A stretch of 64,000 bases of DNA. It comes from an uncultured Planctomycetota bacterium. Its GTDB lineage: Bacteria > Planctomycetota > PLA2 > JAEUHO01. The notes beneath the pieces were generated by a model. That model made no database searches. It was not told the DNA's origin and saw only the letters and a list, made by a program, of their open reading frames with translations. Made by a program: the position numbers and the translations under genes. Below are positions 18,150 to 28,392 of this stretch, piece by piece; positions within the stretch are counted from its first letter, which is position 1; the number at the start of each line of letters is the position of its first letter. The stretch is from positions 1,088,001 through 1,152,000 of the forward strand of contig CAVVXN010000005.1 in the NCBI GenBank assembly GCA_963752285.1, written 5' to 3'.

Positions 18150-19649
18150 ATGGCTTTTGACCCCCTCGTCGGCGAGGTCGTGCGCCGGGCGCTCGACGAA
18201 GGCGTCGCCCGGCCGGGCGACCGCGTCGTCGTCGCCGTGTCGGGCGGCGCCGACTCGACGGCGCTCGCGGTCCTGCTCGACGAGGCGCGGTACGCGGGAC
18301 TCCCGCTCGACCTGGTCCTCGCGCACGTCGATCACGGATGGCGCGGCGCCGCCGCCGCGTGCGCGGACCTCGAGGTCGTTCGCACGCTGGCGTCGAGACT
18401 CGCCGTCCCGCTCGAGGTGCGGCGGCTCGATCCGCTTCCGCCGGGCGCGCGCGGGAACGAGGCCGCGGCCCGCCGCGGTCGCTACCACGCGCTCGCCGAC
18501 GTCGCGCTCGCGCGGCGCGCCTCGCACGTGGCCACCGCGCACCACCGGCGCGACCAGGCCGAGACGGTCCTCGTCCGCCTCGGCCGTCGGAGCGGGATCC
18601 TCGGCCGGCGGGGGATCCTCCCCGCGCGTCCCCTCGCCCCCGCGCGGGACCCCGAGGCCTGCGGGACCCTCGCGCGGTCCACGCCGACGCTGGTCCGTCC
18701 TCTGCTCGGCGTGGACCCGCGACGCCTCCGCGCGTACCTCTCGGCGCGGGGCCTCTCCTGGCGCGAGGACCCGTCGAACGACGATCCCCGCTACGAGCGC
18801 GTGCGCGCACGACGCGTGATCCTCGCGCGCGGCGACGCCTACGAGGCGCGCCTCGTAGACGTCGCCCTCCGTGCGCGGGCGCGCTTCGACGAGACGGTGG
18901 CGCGGATCGGGCGCGTGGTCGGCCGGCCCGAGCCCGCGCCCGAGACCGGGCCCGACTTGGCCTTGCGCGCGGTCCGCGTCCCGATCGACAGGCTCCTCTC
19001 CCTTCCGCCCCGCGACCTCCCCGTGGCCCTCGCGCTGCTCGGCCGGCCGCTGGCCGCCGACCGGGACGGCCCGTGGCTCACGCGCCGCCACGTGGCCCTC
19101 GCGCGGCGCGTCCTCGGGGAGGGTGGCGCGATCGACCTCCCCCGCGGGCTCCGGATCCGCGCTGCGGCGGGATGGTTCGTCCTCTCGCGTCGCGACGGGC
19201 CCGCGCGGTCCACGCCGCCCCCGGCCGCCGCGCCGCCGGACCCCGCCGTGCCGGCGCTTCGCCGCGTGGACCTCGACCGCGGCCGTCTCGACCTCGCGGC
19301 CCTACGTCGCGCGAGCGACCCGCGGCGCGCGGCACTCGACCGGGACGTGATCGGCGACACGCCCGAGGTGCGCTCCGTCCTACCCACGGACCGCTTCCGC
19401 CCCCTCGGTGGGCCCCAACGGGAGCCGGTGCGGGTCCTCGTCTGGCTGAAGAAGCAGGGGATCCCTCGCTCGGCGCGCGCGGCGTCGGCGGTGCTCGTCG
19501 GCGTACGTGGGGTCGCGTGGGTGGTCGGCCGGCGGGTGGACCGGGACCACGCGGTCGGGGCCGTGACACGGCGCGTGTCGATCTACGAGGTCGCCCGGTG
19601 TGGGGCCTCGGACGCCGTCCGGGTGTCGGGCGAACCTTCGGCGGTGTGA
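18150..19649 (+). CDS. tilS: tRNA(Ile)-lysidine synthase
   Basis: 'VAVSGGADS', 'HVDHGWR', 'TAHHRRDQAETVL', 'RPLL', 'EDPSN'. Confidence 0.92.
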   Translation: MAFDPLVGEVVRRALDEGVARPGDRVVVAVSGGADSTALAVLLDEARYAGLPLDLVLAHVDHGWRGAAAACADLEVVRTLASRLAVPLEVRRLDPLPPGARGNEAAARRGRYHALADVALARRASHVATAHHRRDQAETVLVRLGRRSGILGRRGILPARPLAPARDPEACGTLARSTPTLVRPLLGVDPRRLRAYLSARGLSWREDPSNDDPRYERVRARRVILARGDAYEARLVDVALRARARFDETVARIGRVVGRPEPAPETGPDLALRAVRVPIDRLLSLPPRDLPVALALLGRPLAADRDGPWLTRRHVALARRVLGEGGAIDLPRGLRIRAAAGWFVLSRRDGPARSTPPPAAAPPDPAVPALRRVDLDRGRLDLAALRRASDPRRAALDRDVIGDTPEVRSVLPTDRFRPLGGPQREPVRVLVWLKKQGIPRSARAASAVLVGVRGVAWVVGRRVDRDHAVGAVTRRVSIYEVARCGASDAVRVSGEPSAV

Positions 19650-19766
19650 GGCGGGCGCACGTGGGGGGCGCGACCCGGTGGGACGCGCGACGCCTGGCGA
19701 CGCGCGGCCTGCCGTGAGCCGTCGCCGGGCGGGGAGACGCCGGGCGTTGAGGACCGACGTGGGGCG

Positions 19767-20039
19767 CTACGCGTCGGAGGACTGGGTCTCGTCCGACGCC
19801 GCGGCGGCCTTCTTCTTCTTGGCCGGCGGGCGCGGGGTCTCGTCGTCATCGTCGTCGTCGTCCGCGAGCTCGGCCGCGCCCTCGTTCAGGCCCTTCTTGA
19901 ACTGGGAGATGCCCTGACCGAGGCTCCGGGCGACCTTGGGAATCCGGCTCCCGAAGAGGAGCAGGATCACGAGGAGGATGACCCAGATCTCCCAGGAACC
20001 GGGGATGCCCGCGAGGATCGGAGGAAGGAGTCGAGCCAT
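19767..20039 (-). CDS. tatA: Tat translocase TatA/E subunit
   Basis: 'GSWEIWVILLVILLLFGSRIPKVARSLGQGISQFKKGL'. Confidence 0.92.
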   Translation of the reverse strand: MARLLPPILAGIPGSWEIWVILLVILLLFGSRIPKVARSLGQGISQFKKGLNEGAAELADDDDDDDETPRPPAKKKKAAAASDETQSSDA

Positions 20040-20167
20040 GGCTCGGAGTCTACCTCCCGAGGGGCGGACCACCCCGGTCCGGACCCGGTCGCGCAGGGGC
20101 GTTCGGGCAACGGTTGCTCGCTCGCTCCGTCCGGGCGCGGCCGGGCTCCGGGGCCCGGGCCCCCACC

Positions 20168-21433
20168 CTAGGGCGCAGGAACGGCCGCGACGACGCCGCC
20201 GTCGTGGGTGACACCGAAGATCCCGCCGTCCTTCGGATTCGTCGGGATCAGGTCGAACATCTGGAGGCCGAGCCGGCCCTTCGCCTGGTAGCCGTCCTGG
20301 CTGTCCCAGAAGGTCGCGGTGCGGGACGCGTCGAGCGTCACGACCCACCGGCCCGACCAGCAGAGCGGGCGCAGGCCCGCCGGGTCGTTGAAGAGGGGCG
20401 TGCCCTTCTCCAGGTCGAACGCGAAGAGGCCGCGGCGGTTGTGGGCGAACGCGATGCCGCCGTACACCTCGACCTCGATCTCGGGGGCACCTTCCACGCC
20501 GGAGGAGCGCTTCACCTTCTGCTTGCGGCCGAAGACCCACGGGTTCGTACGGATCGGGTCGTCGAGGCCCTGGAGCCACTTCACCTGTCCGCTGCCGAGG
20601 TCGATGCAGCGGAGGATCCCGTCCTGGCTGCCCACCACGACGTGCGCGGGCGTGACGGCGGGCGTCGCGTCGATGGCGCCCGTGAGGTGTACCGACCAGT
20701 TCGGTTCGCTCGGCTCGGTGACGCCCGTCGAGAGCGAGGTGACCGTGCCGTCCTCGCCCGCGATGATGAGGCTCTGGCCGTCCGGCGAGACGACCGGCGT
20801 CGCCCAGAGGAGCCCGTGCGTGCGCCAGCCCCAGCCGCGGCGGCCGTCGGCGAGGCTCACGCTCTCGACGGTGCGGTTGTTCCGCGGGCTGCCGAGGGAA
20901 CCGACGTACACGCGCGAGCCGTCGGAGTCCACGCCCGACGACGCCGCGAAGGAAAGACGCACGGGGAAGCGGTCCGACTTCGCGCCGGAGCGTTTCGAGA
21001 GCGCCTCGATCCAGTACGCGCCGTCCGGCGCCTTCACGAGGAACACGTAGTGCGCGGGACCCTCACCCGGGACCGCGGCGAGCGCCGACTGGAGCGCGGT
21101 GACCCAACGCGGGGTCAGGTCGCGTCGCGCCATCGGGTAGACGAGACCCGTCTGCGCGATGACGAGCAGATCCTGGTCCATCAGGTAGCAACCCGACACC
21201 GCGACGGGGCGGTCGCGGGAGAGGTTCGCCTGGACGATCTGGGTGTCCCACGGCAGGCGCTCGAGCGCGGCCGCGCCGAGGTCGGCGAGCGTCGCACCCT
21301 GCGCCGGAACGGGACGGCTCGGCCGCAAGCAGTCGCCCGCACCCGCGGACGCGCTCACGACGAGCAGGCCCACCGAGACGGCGCCCACCAGGAGGATGGG
21401 GCTACGAACGAGTCGGGAGAACCCTCGCATCAT
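20168..21433 (-). CDS. Secreted PQQ-like beta-propeller protein
   Basis: Signal peptide. Repeats such as 'VVVGSQDGILRCIDLGSGQVKW'. Confidence 0.75.
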   Translation of the reverse strand: MMRGFSRLVRSPILLVGAVSVGLLVVSASAGAGDCLRPSRPVPAQGATLADLGAAALERLPWDTQIVQANLSRDRPVAVSGCYLMDQDLLVIAQTGLVYPMARRDLTPRWVTALQSALAAVPGEGPAHYVFLVKAPDGAYWIEALSKRSGAKSDRFPVRLSFAASSGVDSDGSRVYVGSLGSPRNNRTVESVSLADGRRGWGWRTHGLLWATPVVSPDGQSLIIAGEDGTVTSLSTGVTEPSEPNWSVHLTGAIDATPAVTPAHVVVGSQDGILRCIDLGSGQVKWLQGLDDPIRTNPWVFGRKQKVKRSSGVEGAPEIEVEVYGGIAFAHNRRGLFAFDLEKGTPLFNDPAGLRPLCWSGRWVVTLDASRTATFWDSQDGYQAKGRLGLQMFDLIPTNPKDGGIFGVTHDGGVVAAVPAP

Positions 21434-21747
21434 CGTTGATCTCGCTGGGGTATGGGGCGTCCGGAGAACCGAGGCTCCGACACGCGAAGCCCGGGGATCG
21501 AAACGCTCGAACCGCACGGAGGGAGGCAGAGGCAGCGTCGAGCATCGCCTCCCGGACCTCCTTCCGCGGTCGAACTTATAGGGTTCGCGCCTCCGAGTGT
21601 CAAGGAAGAGTGAAACGACGACGGCTCCCAAAGTCCGCTGGGATCCGGGGGTTAGGGCCGTCTCCGGGGTACCCCCTCCGGGAGGATTCCCCGCCGGGCG
21701 CGGGGGGGCGGACGCTACGATCTCCCCCCGCCGCCCCGGTCCGCGCC

Positions 21748-22488
21748 GTGTCCGACCAGGATCCTCTCCTCCGAAACCTCGCGCGCCTCCGTTCCGAGAT
21801 CGAGGCGGCCCGAGCCCGGTCCCCGCGGGCGGCGGAGGCCGTGGACCTGCTGGTGGTCACGAAGTCGGCACCCCCTTCCGTGTACCCTCGTCTCCTCGCC
21901 GCCGGGGTCAGGGACGTCGGCGAGAACAGGGTCCAGGCCGCGCTCGAACGCCGCCGTGGCGCGCCCGGGGGCCTCGTCTGGCACGGGATCGGCCACCTCC
22001 AGCGGAACAAGGCGGCCCGAGGGGTCGAGGTCTTCGACGTGTTCCACGCGCTCGACTCCGCAGCCCTCGCCCGTCGCCTGGACTCGGTCCTCGCGAGGAC
22101 GAGCCGTCGTTGGCCCGTATATATCGAGGTCAACGCCGCGAACGACCCCGCGAAGGGCGGGGTGCGTGCCCCGGAGACGCTGGAGCTCGTGCGCACGGTC
22201 CTCTCCCACCCCCACCTCGAGCCGCGTGGGTTCATGACCATGGCGCGGTTCGACGCGGGCGAGGCCGACGCGCGGGCCACCTTCCGCGCGCTGAGGGAGA
22301 TCCGAGACGAGGCCGTCCGGCGGGGCCTCGGGGACCCGCCGCCGCGCGGCCTCTCCATGGGGATGACGGACGACTTCGCGTGGGCGGTCGAGGAGGGCGC
22401 GACGATCGTGAGGATCGGACGGGCGGTCTTCGAAGGCGCCCTGGAAGAGTCGTCGCCGCCGCGGCGCGGCCCGGAGGCCGGCTCGTGA
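21748..22488 (+). CDS. yggS: PLP homeostasis protein YggS
   Basis: 'LLVVTK', 'GENRVQ', 'IGHLQRNK', 'LSMGMTDDF..AVEEGATIVRIGRAVF'. Confidence 0.95.
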   Translation: MSDQDPLLRNLARLRSEIEAARARSPRAAEAVDLLVVTKSAPPSVYPRLLAAGVRDVGENRVQAALERRRGAPGGLVWHGIGHLQRNKAARGVEVFDVFHALDSAALARRLDSVLARTSRRWPVYIEVNAANDPAKGGVRAPETLELVRTVLSHPHLEPRGFMTMARFDAGEADARATFRALREIRDEAVRRGLGDPPPRGLSMGMTDDFAWAVEEGATIVRIGRAVFEGALEESSPPRRGPEAGS

Positions 22489-22490
22489 GC

Positions 22491-25400
22491 ATGCGCGTAC
22501 GCATCGAGCACGGGCAGGACGCGGGGAAGACCTGGCGGCTTCCGAAGGCCGGGACGTACGTGATCGGCCGCGTGCCGCCGAGCGGGATCCGCGTCCTCGA
22601 CATGAAGGTGTCCAAGGAGCACGCCCGCGTGGTGCTCCAGGGGGAGGACGGGGTCCTCCTCGAGGACCTCGGCTCCCGGCACGGCACGCTCCTGAACGGC
22701 CAGCCCGTCCAGGGTGTTCGCCCGGTCAAGGCCGGGGACGAGATCCGCCTCGGGCTCTCGATCCTCCGCGTCCTCTCGGACGGGCCGGCCGACGAGACGC
22801 TCGAGCCGACGGGCGCCGAGCCCCCGCTGCCCGCGAGCGAACACGACCGCGCGGCCGGCACGCCTCCGCGGCCGAAGAAGGTCTTCCCGCCCGACGCGCT
22901 CGTGGACACGGAGATCGGCGGCTACAAGGTGCTGCGCAAGATCGGCCAGGGCGGCATGGGCTCGGTCTACGTCGCCGAGCAGCTCTCCCTCCACCGCGAG
23001 GTGGCGCTGAAGGTCCTGTCCGAGAAGTTCACCGACGACCGCGCGTTCGTGGACCAGTTCGTGAACGAGGCGCGGTCGGCCGCCGCCCTGAACCACCCGA
23101 ACGTCGTCCAGGTCTACGACGTCGGCCGCGAGAACGGACGCTACTACTTCTCGATGGAGTACGTCCCCGGCGGGTCGCTCGAAGAGCGGCTGGCCGAGAA
23201 CGGCCCTCCGCCGTGGACCGACGCGCTGAACTGGATGATCGACGCGTCGAACGCGCTCATCTTCGCGGCAAAGCGCGAGATCCTCCACCGGGACGTGAAG
23301 CCCGACAACCTGATGCTCGCCGAAGACGGCAGCGCGAAGCTCTGCGACCTGGGCCTCGCGAAGAAGGCGGCGAACGCCGACCTGCTCGCCGCCGGGATCA
23401 TCGGCACGCCGGCGTTCATCAGCCCGGAGGCGATCCGCCGCAAGAAGGAAATCGACGCGCGGAGCGACCTCTACAGCCTCGGGTGCACGTTCTACCGCGT
23501 CCTGACCGGCGGGAACCCCTACCCCGGGTCCACCGTGAAGGACATCCTCCTCGGCCACCTGCGCAACCCCGTACCGCGCGTCTCTGCGAAGAACCACGAC
23601 GTCCCCAAGGAGCTCGACGACGTCGTCTACCGGCTGATGCAGAAGGAGCCGGACGAGCGCTTCGCCTCGCCGGACGACCTGCTCCAGTCGCTCGACCGGA
23701 TCCGCGTCCAGCACGGCCTCGAGGCCCACGGCCTGAGGCCGCCGAGCCGAAAGCCGCTGATGATCGCGCTGGCCGTGCTCGTGGTCGGGCTCGGCGTCGC
23801 GCTCTACCTCGTCCTCACGAGCGCGACGGCCCCGACCGGGCCCACGCCGCAGGAGATCGAACAGCAGAAGCGGGCCGAGGAGGAACGGCTTCGGGTCGAG
23901 AAGGAGTACGGCCGCTTCCAGGTCCAGGCCGTGCAGGACCGGAACGAGATCGAGAAGCGGCGGATCGAGGGTCATCTCACGCTCGACAACGCCACGGACC
24001 CGCGCTGGGGCAAGCTCTCGAACGACTTCAAGGACCTCGCCGGCCGACTCGAGGGGAACGCCGACTACGGCGACCGCAAGGAGATCAAGGACCTCGTCCG
24101 GGTCCTTCGGGTGGACGCGGAGAACCTGCAGAAGGACGTGCAGGACCGCATCGAGCTCGGCGAGCAGCTCAAGAGCGCGAAGGAGGAGACCGCGAAGGCC
24201 CTGGACGCCGACCTCGGGGCGCTCCGGAAGGCGTACGACGACGCCATGGCCGCGGCCGAGAAGGTTGGGCCCGAGCAGGCGATCGCGCTCTACGCGAAGG
24301 CGTACCTCGCGGTGGACCCGGAGCGGCTCGCCGACATCCGCCAGCGATACGAGAAGAAGCTCGCGAAGGACGCCCTCCCCGACTCGGTGCCCGCCGAGCT
24401 CAGACAGCGCCTGGGCGACGAGCCCCTCCTCGGGACGAAGGAACAGATCGACCCCCGCGTCACGAAGCTCTTCCCCGGCGACCCGGCCGGTGCGGAGCTC
24501 CGGGACGCGGCGGCGAAGGCCGCGAAGGCGGCCTACGACGCGGCCGCGAAGCAGGTCACGGACGCCTTCGTCGAGCCGACGCACGAGAAGTACCGGACCG
24601 CCGCCGACCTCGCCGAGGCGTTGACCGAGCTCCTGCCCGACGCGGCCGACCCGAAGCTCGGCCCCCTCGGAACGGAGATGGCCTCGTGGCGGCAGGAGGC
24701 CGAGGAGCTCTCCCGCCGCGTGGACGACGCCGAGCAGGCTCTCCGCGCCAAGGAGCTGTCGGCCGACCACGACGCGTACGAGACGCTCCTGCGGTCGCTC
24801 CGCAAGCCCTCGGTCGGCCTCCTCTACAAGCTCGACCTCGACGCCGCGGAGAAGCAGGCGAAGGACGCGGCCGCGGCGATGCACGATCCCACGTACCGCG
24901 CGCTCGCGCTCTCGCTCGCGGGCGACGCCGCGGCGATCCGCGCGCTCTACCAGCACATCCAGGCGTCGTTCCCGGACGGATGGTCCTCGGACAAGGTCTC
25001 GGTGCCCGACGACCGCGGCGAGACGACGACCGCGAAGGTGCGCGAGGTCGGCGCGAAGTCGATCCGGCTCGGGCAGGACGAGCGCACCTGGCTCGCCCTC
25101 GGTCCCCAGTTCGTGGTGGGCCCGCTCCTCTTCCCCGGCCTCCCCGACGACCCGACGGCGCGCATCCAGCCGACGGGCGACGACCGTCGCGCGATCGCGG
25201 TCCTCGCCGAGATGGCCGTCCGGTTCGACGTCGCGAACCTCGAGTGGCAGGCCTACCTCGCCGAGGCGCCCGCCGAGAACCAGGAGGAGCTCTCGGCGCT
25301 CCGCCTGCGGTACGCGCGCGAGCCCCTCGAGCAGAAGGCGGGCGAGCTGTGGGCGAAGGCCCGCGGCGTGCTGGTCCACCTCCGCGCGTTCTTCAAGACC

Positions 25401-26024
25401 CACGACCCCAACCAGATCGGCACGGACGCGTTCTGGAGCCAGCAGGACGTCCGGGACGCCGTCAAGCAGCAGGAGCACGAGCTGAACCTCGAGCTCCAGC
25501 AGGCGCACGACGCCCTCGACGCGCTCGCCGACCCGGGCCTCGCCGTGACGGCCTGGGCGACCGCCGTGCGCACGGGGTCGAGCCCCCAGGCCCTCTACGC
25601 GAACGAGCCGCCGCCGCCCGCGGCCCCCCCGTCCGGGAAGGGCGAGAAGGGCAACGGGAAGCCGGCCTCGAACGGCGGCGGGGCGAACCCGCCCGGCGGC
25701 GCCGCGCCGGCTCCGGGCGACGGACGTCGGCTCCCCCCCGACGGCGACGCGGACGGCGGGAAGGCGCCCGGCGAGAAGGGCCCCGGCGAGAAGGCTCCGG
25801 GCGAGAAGGCCCCGGGCGAGAAGGCCCCGGGCGAGAAGGCCCCGGGCGAGAAGGCCCCGGGCGAGACCGGCCCGGGCGCGAAGGGCGCCGGCGCCGGAGA
25901 CCCTCCGGCGGGCGCGGGAAAGCCCGAGGGCGGGACCGACGCGCCCGAGGGCGGGGCTCCCCCCGGGTCGCCCGGCCGAGGCCCCGGCCCGGCCGGCCCG
26001 CCGGGCCCGGCCCCCACCCGGTGA
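22491..26024 (+). CDS. FHA-domain Ser/Thr protein kinase, single TM, long helical C-terminal region and Pro/Gly tail
   Basis: FHA 'IGR..VSKEHA..DLGSRHGTLLNG'. Kinase 'GQGGMG', 'VALK', 'HRDVKPDN', 'DLG', 'GTPAFISPE'. TM 'LMIALAVLVVGLGVALYLVL'. Confidence 0.9.
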   Translation: MRVRIEHGQDAGKTWRLPKAGTYVIGRVPPSGIRVLDMKVSKEHARVVLQGEDGVLLEDLGSRHGTLLNGQPVQGVRPVKAGDEIRLGLSILRVLSDGPADETLEPTGAEPPLPASEHDRAAGTPPRPKKVFPPDALVDTEIGGYKVLRKIGQGGMGSVYVAEQLSLHREVALKVLSEKFTDDRAFVDQFVNEARSAAALNHPNVVQVYDVGRENGRYYFSMEYVPGGSLEERLAENGPPPWTDALNWMIDASNALIFAAKREILHRDVKPDNLMLAEDGSAKLCDLGLAKKAANADLLAAGIIGTPAFISPEAIRRKKEIDARSDLYSLGCTFYRVLTGGNPYPGSTVKDILLGHLRNPVPRVSAKNHDVPKELDDVVYRLMQKEPDERFASPDDLLQSLDRIRVQHGLEAHGLRPPSRKPLMIALAVLVVGLGVALYLVLTSATAPTGPTPQEIEQQKRAEEERLRVEKEYGRFQVQAVQDRNEIEKRRIEGHLTLDNATDPRWGKLSNDFKDLAGRLEGNADYGDRKEIKDLVRVLRVDAENLQKDVQDRIELGEQLKSAKEETAKALDADLGALRKAYDDAMAAAEKVGPEQAIALYAKAYLAVDPERLADIRQRYEKKLAKDALPDSVPAELRQRLGDEPLLGTKEQIDPRVTKLFPGDPAGAELRDAAAKAAKAAYDAAAKQVTDAFVEPTHEKYRTAADLAEALTELLPDAADPKLGPLGTEMASWRQEAEELSRRVDDAEQALRAKELSADHDAYETLLRSLRKPSVGLLYKLDLDAAEKQAKDAAAAMHDPTYRALALSLAGDAAAIRALYQHIQASFPDGWSSDKVSVPDDRGETTTAKVREVGAKSIRLGQDERTWLALGPQFVVGPLLFPGLPDDPTARIQPTGDDRRAIAVLAEMAVRFDVANLEWQAYLAEAPAENQEELSALRLRYAREPLEQKAGELWAKARGVLVHLRAFFKTHDPNQIGTDAFWSQQDVRDAVKQQEHELNLELQQAHDALDALADPGLAVTAWATAVRTGSSPQALYANEPPPPAAPPSGKGEKGNGKPASNGGGANPPGGAAPAPGDGRRLPPDGDADGGKAPGEKGPGEKAPGEKAPGEKAPGEKAPGEKAPGETGPGAKGAGAGDPPAGAGKPEGGTDAPEGGAPPGSPGRGPGPAGPPGPAPTR
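25760..25880 (+). repeat. 15-bp coding repeats (GEKAP)n in kinase tail
   Basis: ggcgagaaggccccg repeated in tandem with variants. Confidence 0.85.
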
Positions 26025-26356
26025 CGGGGCCCGCGTACGCACGGCCCGCGCCGGGCGGAACGCGGCTCGACCTCAAGGTGGTGCCGGGGGGCGCCCGGGA
26101 CCAGATCGTCGGCCCCCACGGAGAGCGTCTCCGGGTCAAGGTCTCGCGGCCCGCCGCGGGCGGGCAGGCGAACCGCGCCCTCCTCGCGCTCCTCGCGGGG
26201 GCGCTCGGCGTGCCGGCGCGGGACCTCGAGATCACCGCCGGCCACGCCTCGACCGAGAAGCGCGTCCTCGTCTCGGGGCTCGCGCCGGCCGAGGCGGTCC
26301 GCCTCCTCGCGGAGGCGTCGTCGGGGCCGGGTGGCGCCCGACCCCGACGGCGTTGA
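26021..26356 (+). CDS. yggU: DUF167/YggU family protein
   Basis: 'LKVVPGGARDQI..LRVKVSRPAAGGQANRAL..GHASTEK'. Confidence 0.85.
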   Translation: MTGPAYARPAPGGTRLDLKVVPGGARDQIVGPHGERLRVKVSRPAAGGQANRALLALLAGALGVPARDLEITAGHASTEKRVLVSGLAPAEAVRLLAEASSGPGGARPRRR

Positions 26357-26404
26357 ACGTGGCCCGTCGCCCGCCCCGCGGACGGGGCGGGCGGGCCGGG
26401 CCAC

Positions 26405-28321
26405 CTACTTCACGTCGAAGTCGGCGTCGATCACGTCGTCGCCCGACTTCTTGGCGCCAGCTCCGGCGTGCGGAGGCGGCTCGGACGCCGGGGGGACGGC
26501 CGCCTGCGCCTTCGCGACCTCCTCGTACATCGCCTTCGCGATCTCCTGGCTCGCGGTCATGAGCTCCTCGATGCCGCGCTCGATCGCCGCCGCGTCGTCC
26601 TTGTCCTTCAGCGCCTCGAGGGCCTTCCGCTTCGTCTCGATGCCCTCCTTGACCGAGGCGGGCACCTTCTCGCCGTGCTCCTTCAGGTGCTTCTCGACCT
26701 GGTAGATCGCGTGCTCGGCCTTGTTCCTCGCCTCGGCGAGCGCGGCGCGCTTCTCGTCCTCGGCCGCGTTCGACTCGGCGTCCTTGCGCATGTTCTCGAC
26801 CTCGTCCTTCGTGAGGCCCGAGGACGACTCGATGCGCACCTTCTGCTCCTTGCCCGTGCCCTTGTCCTTCGCCGACACGCTCAGGATGCCGTTCGCGTCG
26901 ATGTCGAAGGAGACCTCGATCTGCGGGATGCCGCGCGGCGCCGGCGGGATGCCGTCGAGGATGAAGCGCCCGAGCGTGCGGTTGCCGCTCGCCATCTTCC
27001 TCTCGCCCTGCATCACGTGCACCTCGACCTGCGGCTGGTTGTCCGACGCGGTCGAGAAGGTCTCCGACTTCCGGGTGGGGATCGTCGTGTTGCGGGGGAT
27101 CAGGACGTGCATCAGGCTCCCCTGCACCTCCACGCCGAGCGAGAGCGGTGTGACGTCCAGGAGCAGGAGGTCCTGGAGCGTCTCGTCGCCCGAGAGGATG
27201 CCGGCCTGGACCGCGGCGCCGAGGGCCACGGCCTCGTCGGGGTTCACGCCCTTGTTGCCCTCGCGGCCGAAGATCTCCTTCACCAGGGCCTGGACCAGGG
27301 GGATGCGCGTGGAGCCTCCCACCAGCAGCACGTCGGCGAGGTCCGAGGGCGTGATCCGCGCGTCGCGGAGCGCCTGCTCGGAGGGCGGCCGGAGCCGCTC
27401 GATGATGGGCTCGACGAGCTGCTCGAAACGGGCCCGGGAGATCGTCCGCGTGAGGTGCTTCGGACCCGCCGCGTCGGCCGTGATGAACGGCAGGTTGATC
27501 TCCGCCTGCATGCCCTGGGAGAGGTCGATCTTCGCGCGCTCGCACGCCTCGCGGAGGCGGTGGAGCGCCATCGTGTCCTGCCGGACGTCGATGCCCGTCT
27601 CCTGCTTGAACTCGCCGGCCACCCAGTCCACCACGGCCTTGTCGAGGTCGTCGCCGCCGAGGTGCGTGTCGCCGCTCGTGGACTTCACCTCGAAGACCCC
27701 GTCCGAGAGCTCGAGGATCGAGATGTCGAACGTGCCGCCGCCGAAATCGAACACGGCGACCTTGCCGGACTTCTTCCGCTCGAGGCCGAACGACAGCGCC
27801 GCCGCGGTCGGCTCGTTGATGATCCGCTTCACGACGAGGCCCGCGATGACGCCCGCGTCCTTCGTGGCCTGACGTTGCGCGTCGTTGAAGTACGCCGGGA
27901 CGGTGATGACCGCTTCCTTCACGGGCTGACCGAGGTAGTCCTCGGCGGCCTTGCGCAGGTACTGGAGGATCACCGCCGAGATCTCGGGCGGGGTGTACGT
28001 CTTGCTCCGGATCTCGACCTTCACCGGCTCCTCGGGGGCGCCGACGATCTTGTAGGCGACCTGCTTCTCCTCGTCCTGCACCTCGGCGTGCCGGCGGCCC
28101 ATGAATCGCTTGATGCTGTAGACGGTGTTGCGCGGGTTCGTCACGGCCTGGCGCCGCGCGGCCTGCCCGACGAGCCGCTCGCCCCCCTCGGTGAACGCCA
28201 CGACGCTCGGCGTGAGCCGGTGCCCGTCCGGGTTCACGATGACGCGGGGCTCGCCGCCTTCCATGACGGCCACCACGCTGTTCGTGGTCCCGAGGTCGAT
28301 GCCGATGATCTTCTCCGCCAT
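26405..28321 (-). CDS. dnaK: Chaperone DnaK
   Basis: '[11 protein letters not shown]', '[14 protein letters not shown]', 'DFGGGTFD', C-terminus 'DVIDADF'. Confidence 0.98.
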   Translation of the reverse strand: MAEKIIGIDLGTTNSVVAVMEGGEPRVIVNPDGHRLTPSVVAFTEGGERLVGQAARRQAVTNPRNTVYSIKRFMGRRHAEVQDEEKQVAYKIVGAPEEPVKVEIRSKTYTPPEISAVILQYLRKAAEDYLGQPVKEAVITVPAYFNDAQRQATKDAGVIAGLVVKRIINEPTAAALSFGLERKKSGKVAVFDFGGGTFDISILELSDGVFEVKSTSGDTHLGGDDLDKAVVDWVAGEFKQETGIDVRQDTMALHRLREACERAKIDLSQGMQAEINLPFITADAAGPKHLTRTISRARFEQLVEPIIERLRPPSEQALRDARITPSDLADVLLVGGSTRIPLVQALVKEIFGREGNKGVNPDEAVALGAAVQAGILSGDETLQDLLLLDVTPLSLGVEVQGSLMHVLIPRNTTIPTRKSETFSTASDNQPQVEVHVMQGERKMASGNRTLGRFILDGIPPAPRGIPQIEVSFDIDANGILSVSAKDKGTGKEQKVRIESSSGLTKDEVENMRKDAESNAAEDEKRAALAEARNKAEHAIYQVEKHLKEHGEKVPASVKEGIETKRKALEALKDKDDAAAIERGIEELMTASQEIAKAMYEEVAKAQAAVPPASEPPPHAGAGAKKSGDDVIDADFDVK

Positions 28322-28392
28322 GGGGATCGGTCCTTCCCTGCGGACCTCCGCCTCCCGGCACCGGGCCTGCCGATCCGGCAAGCCCGCCAACG

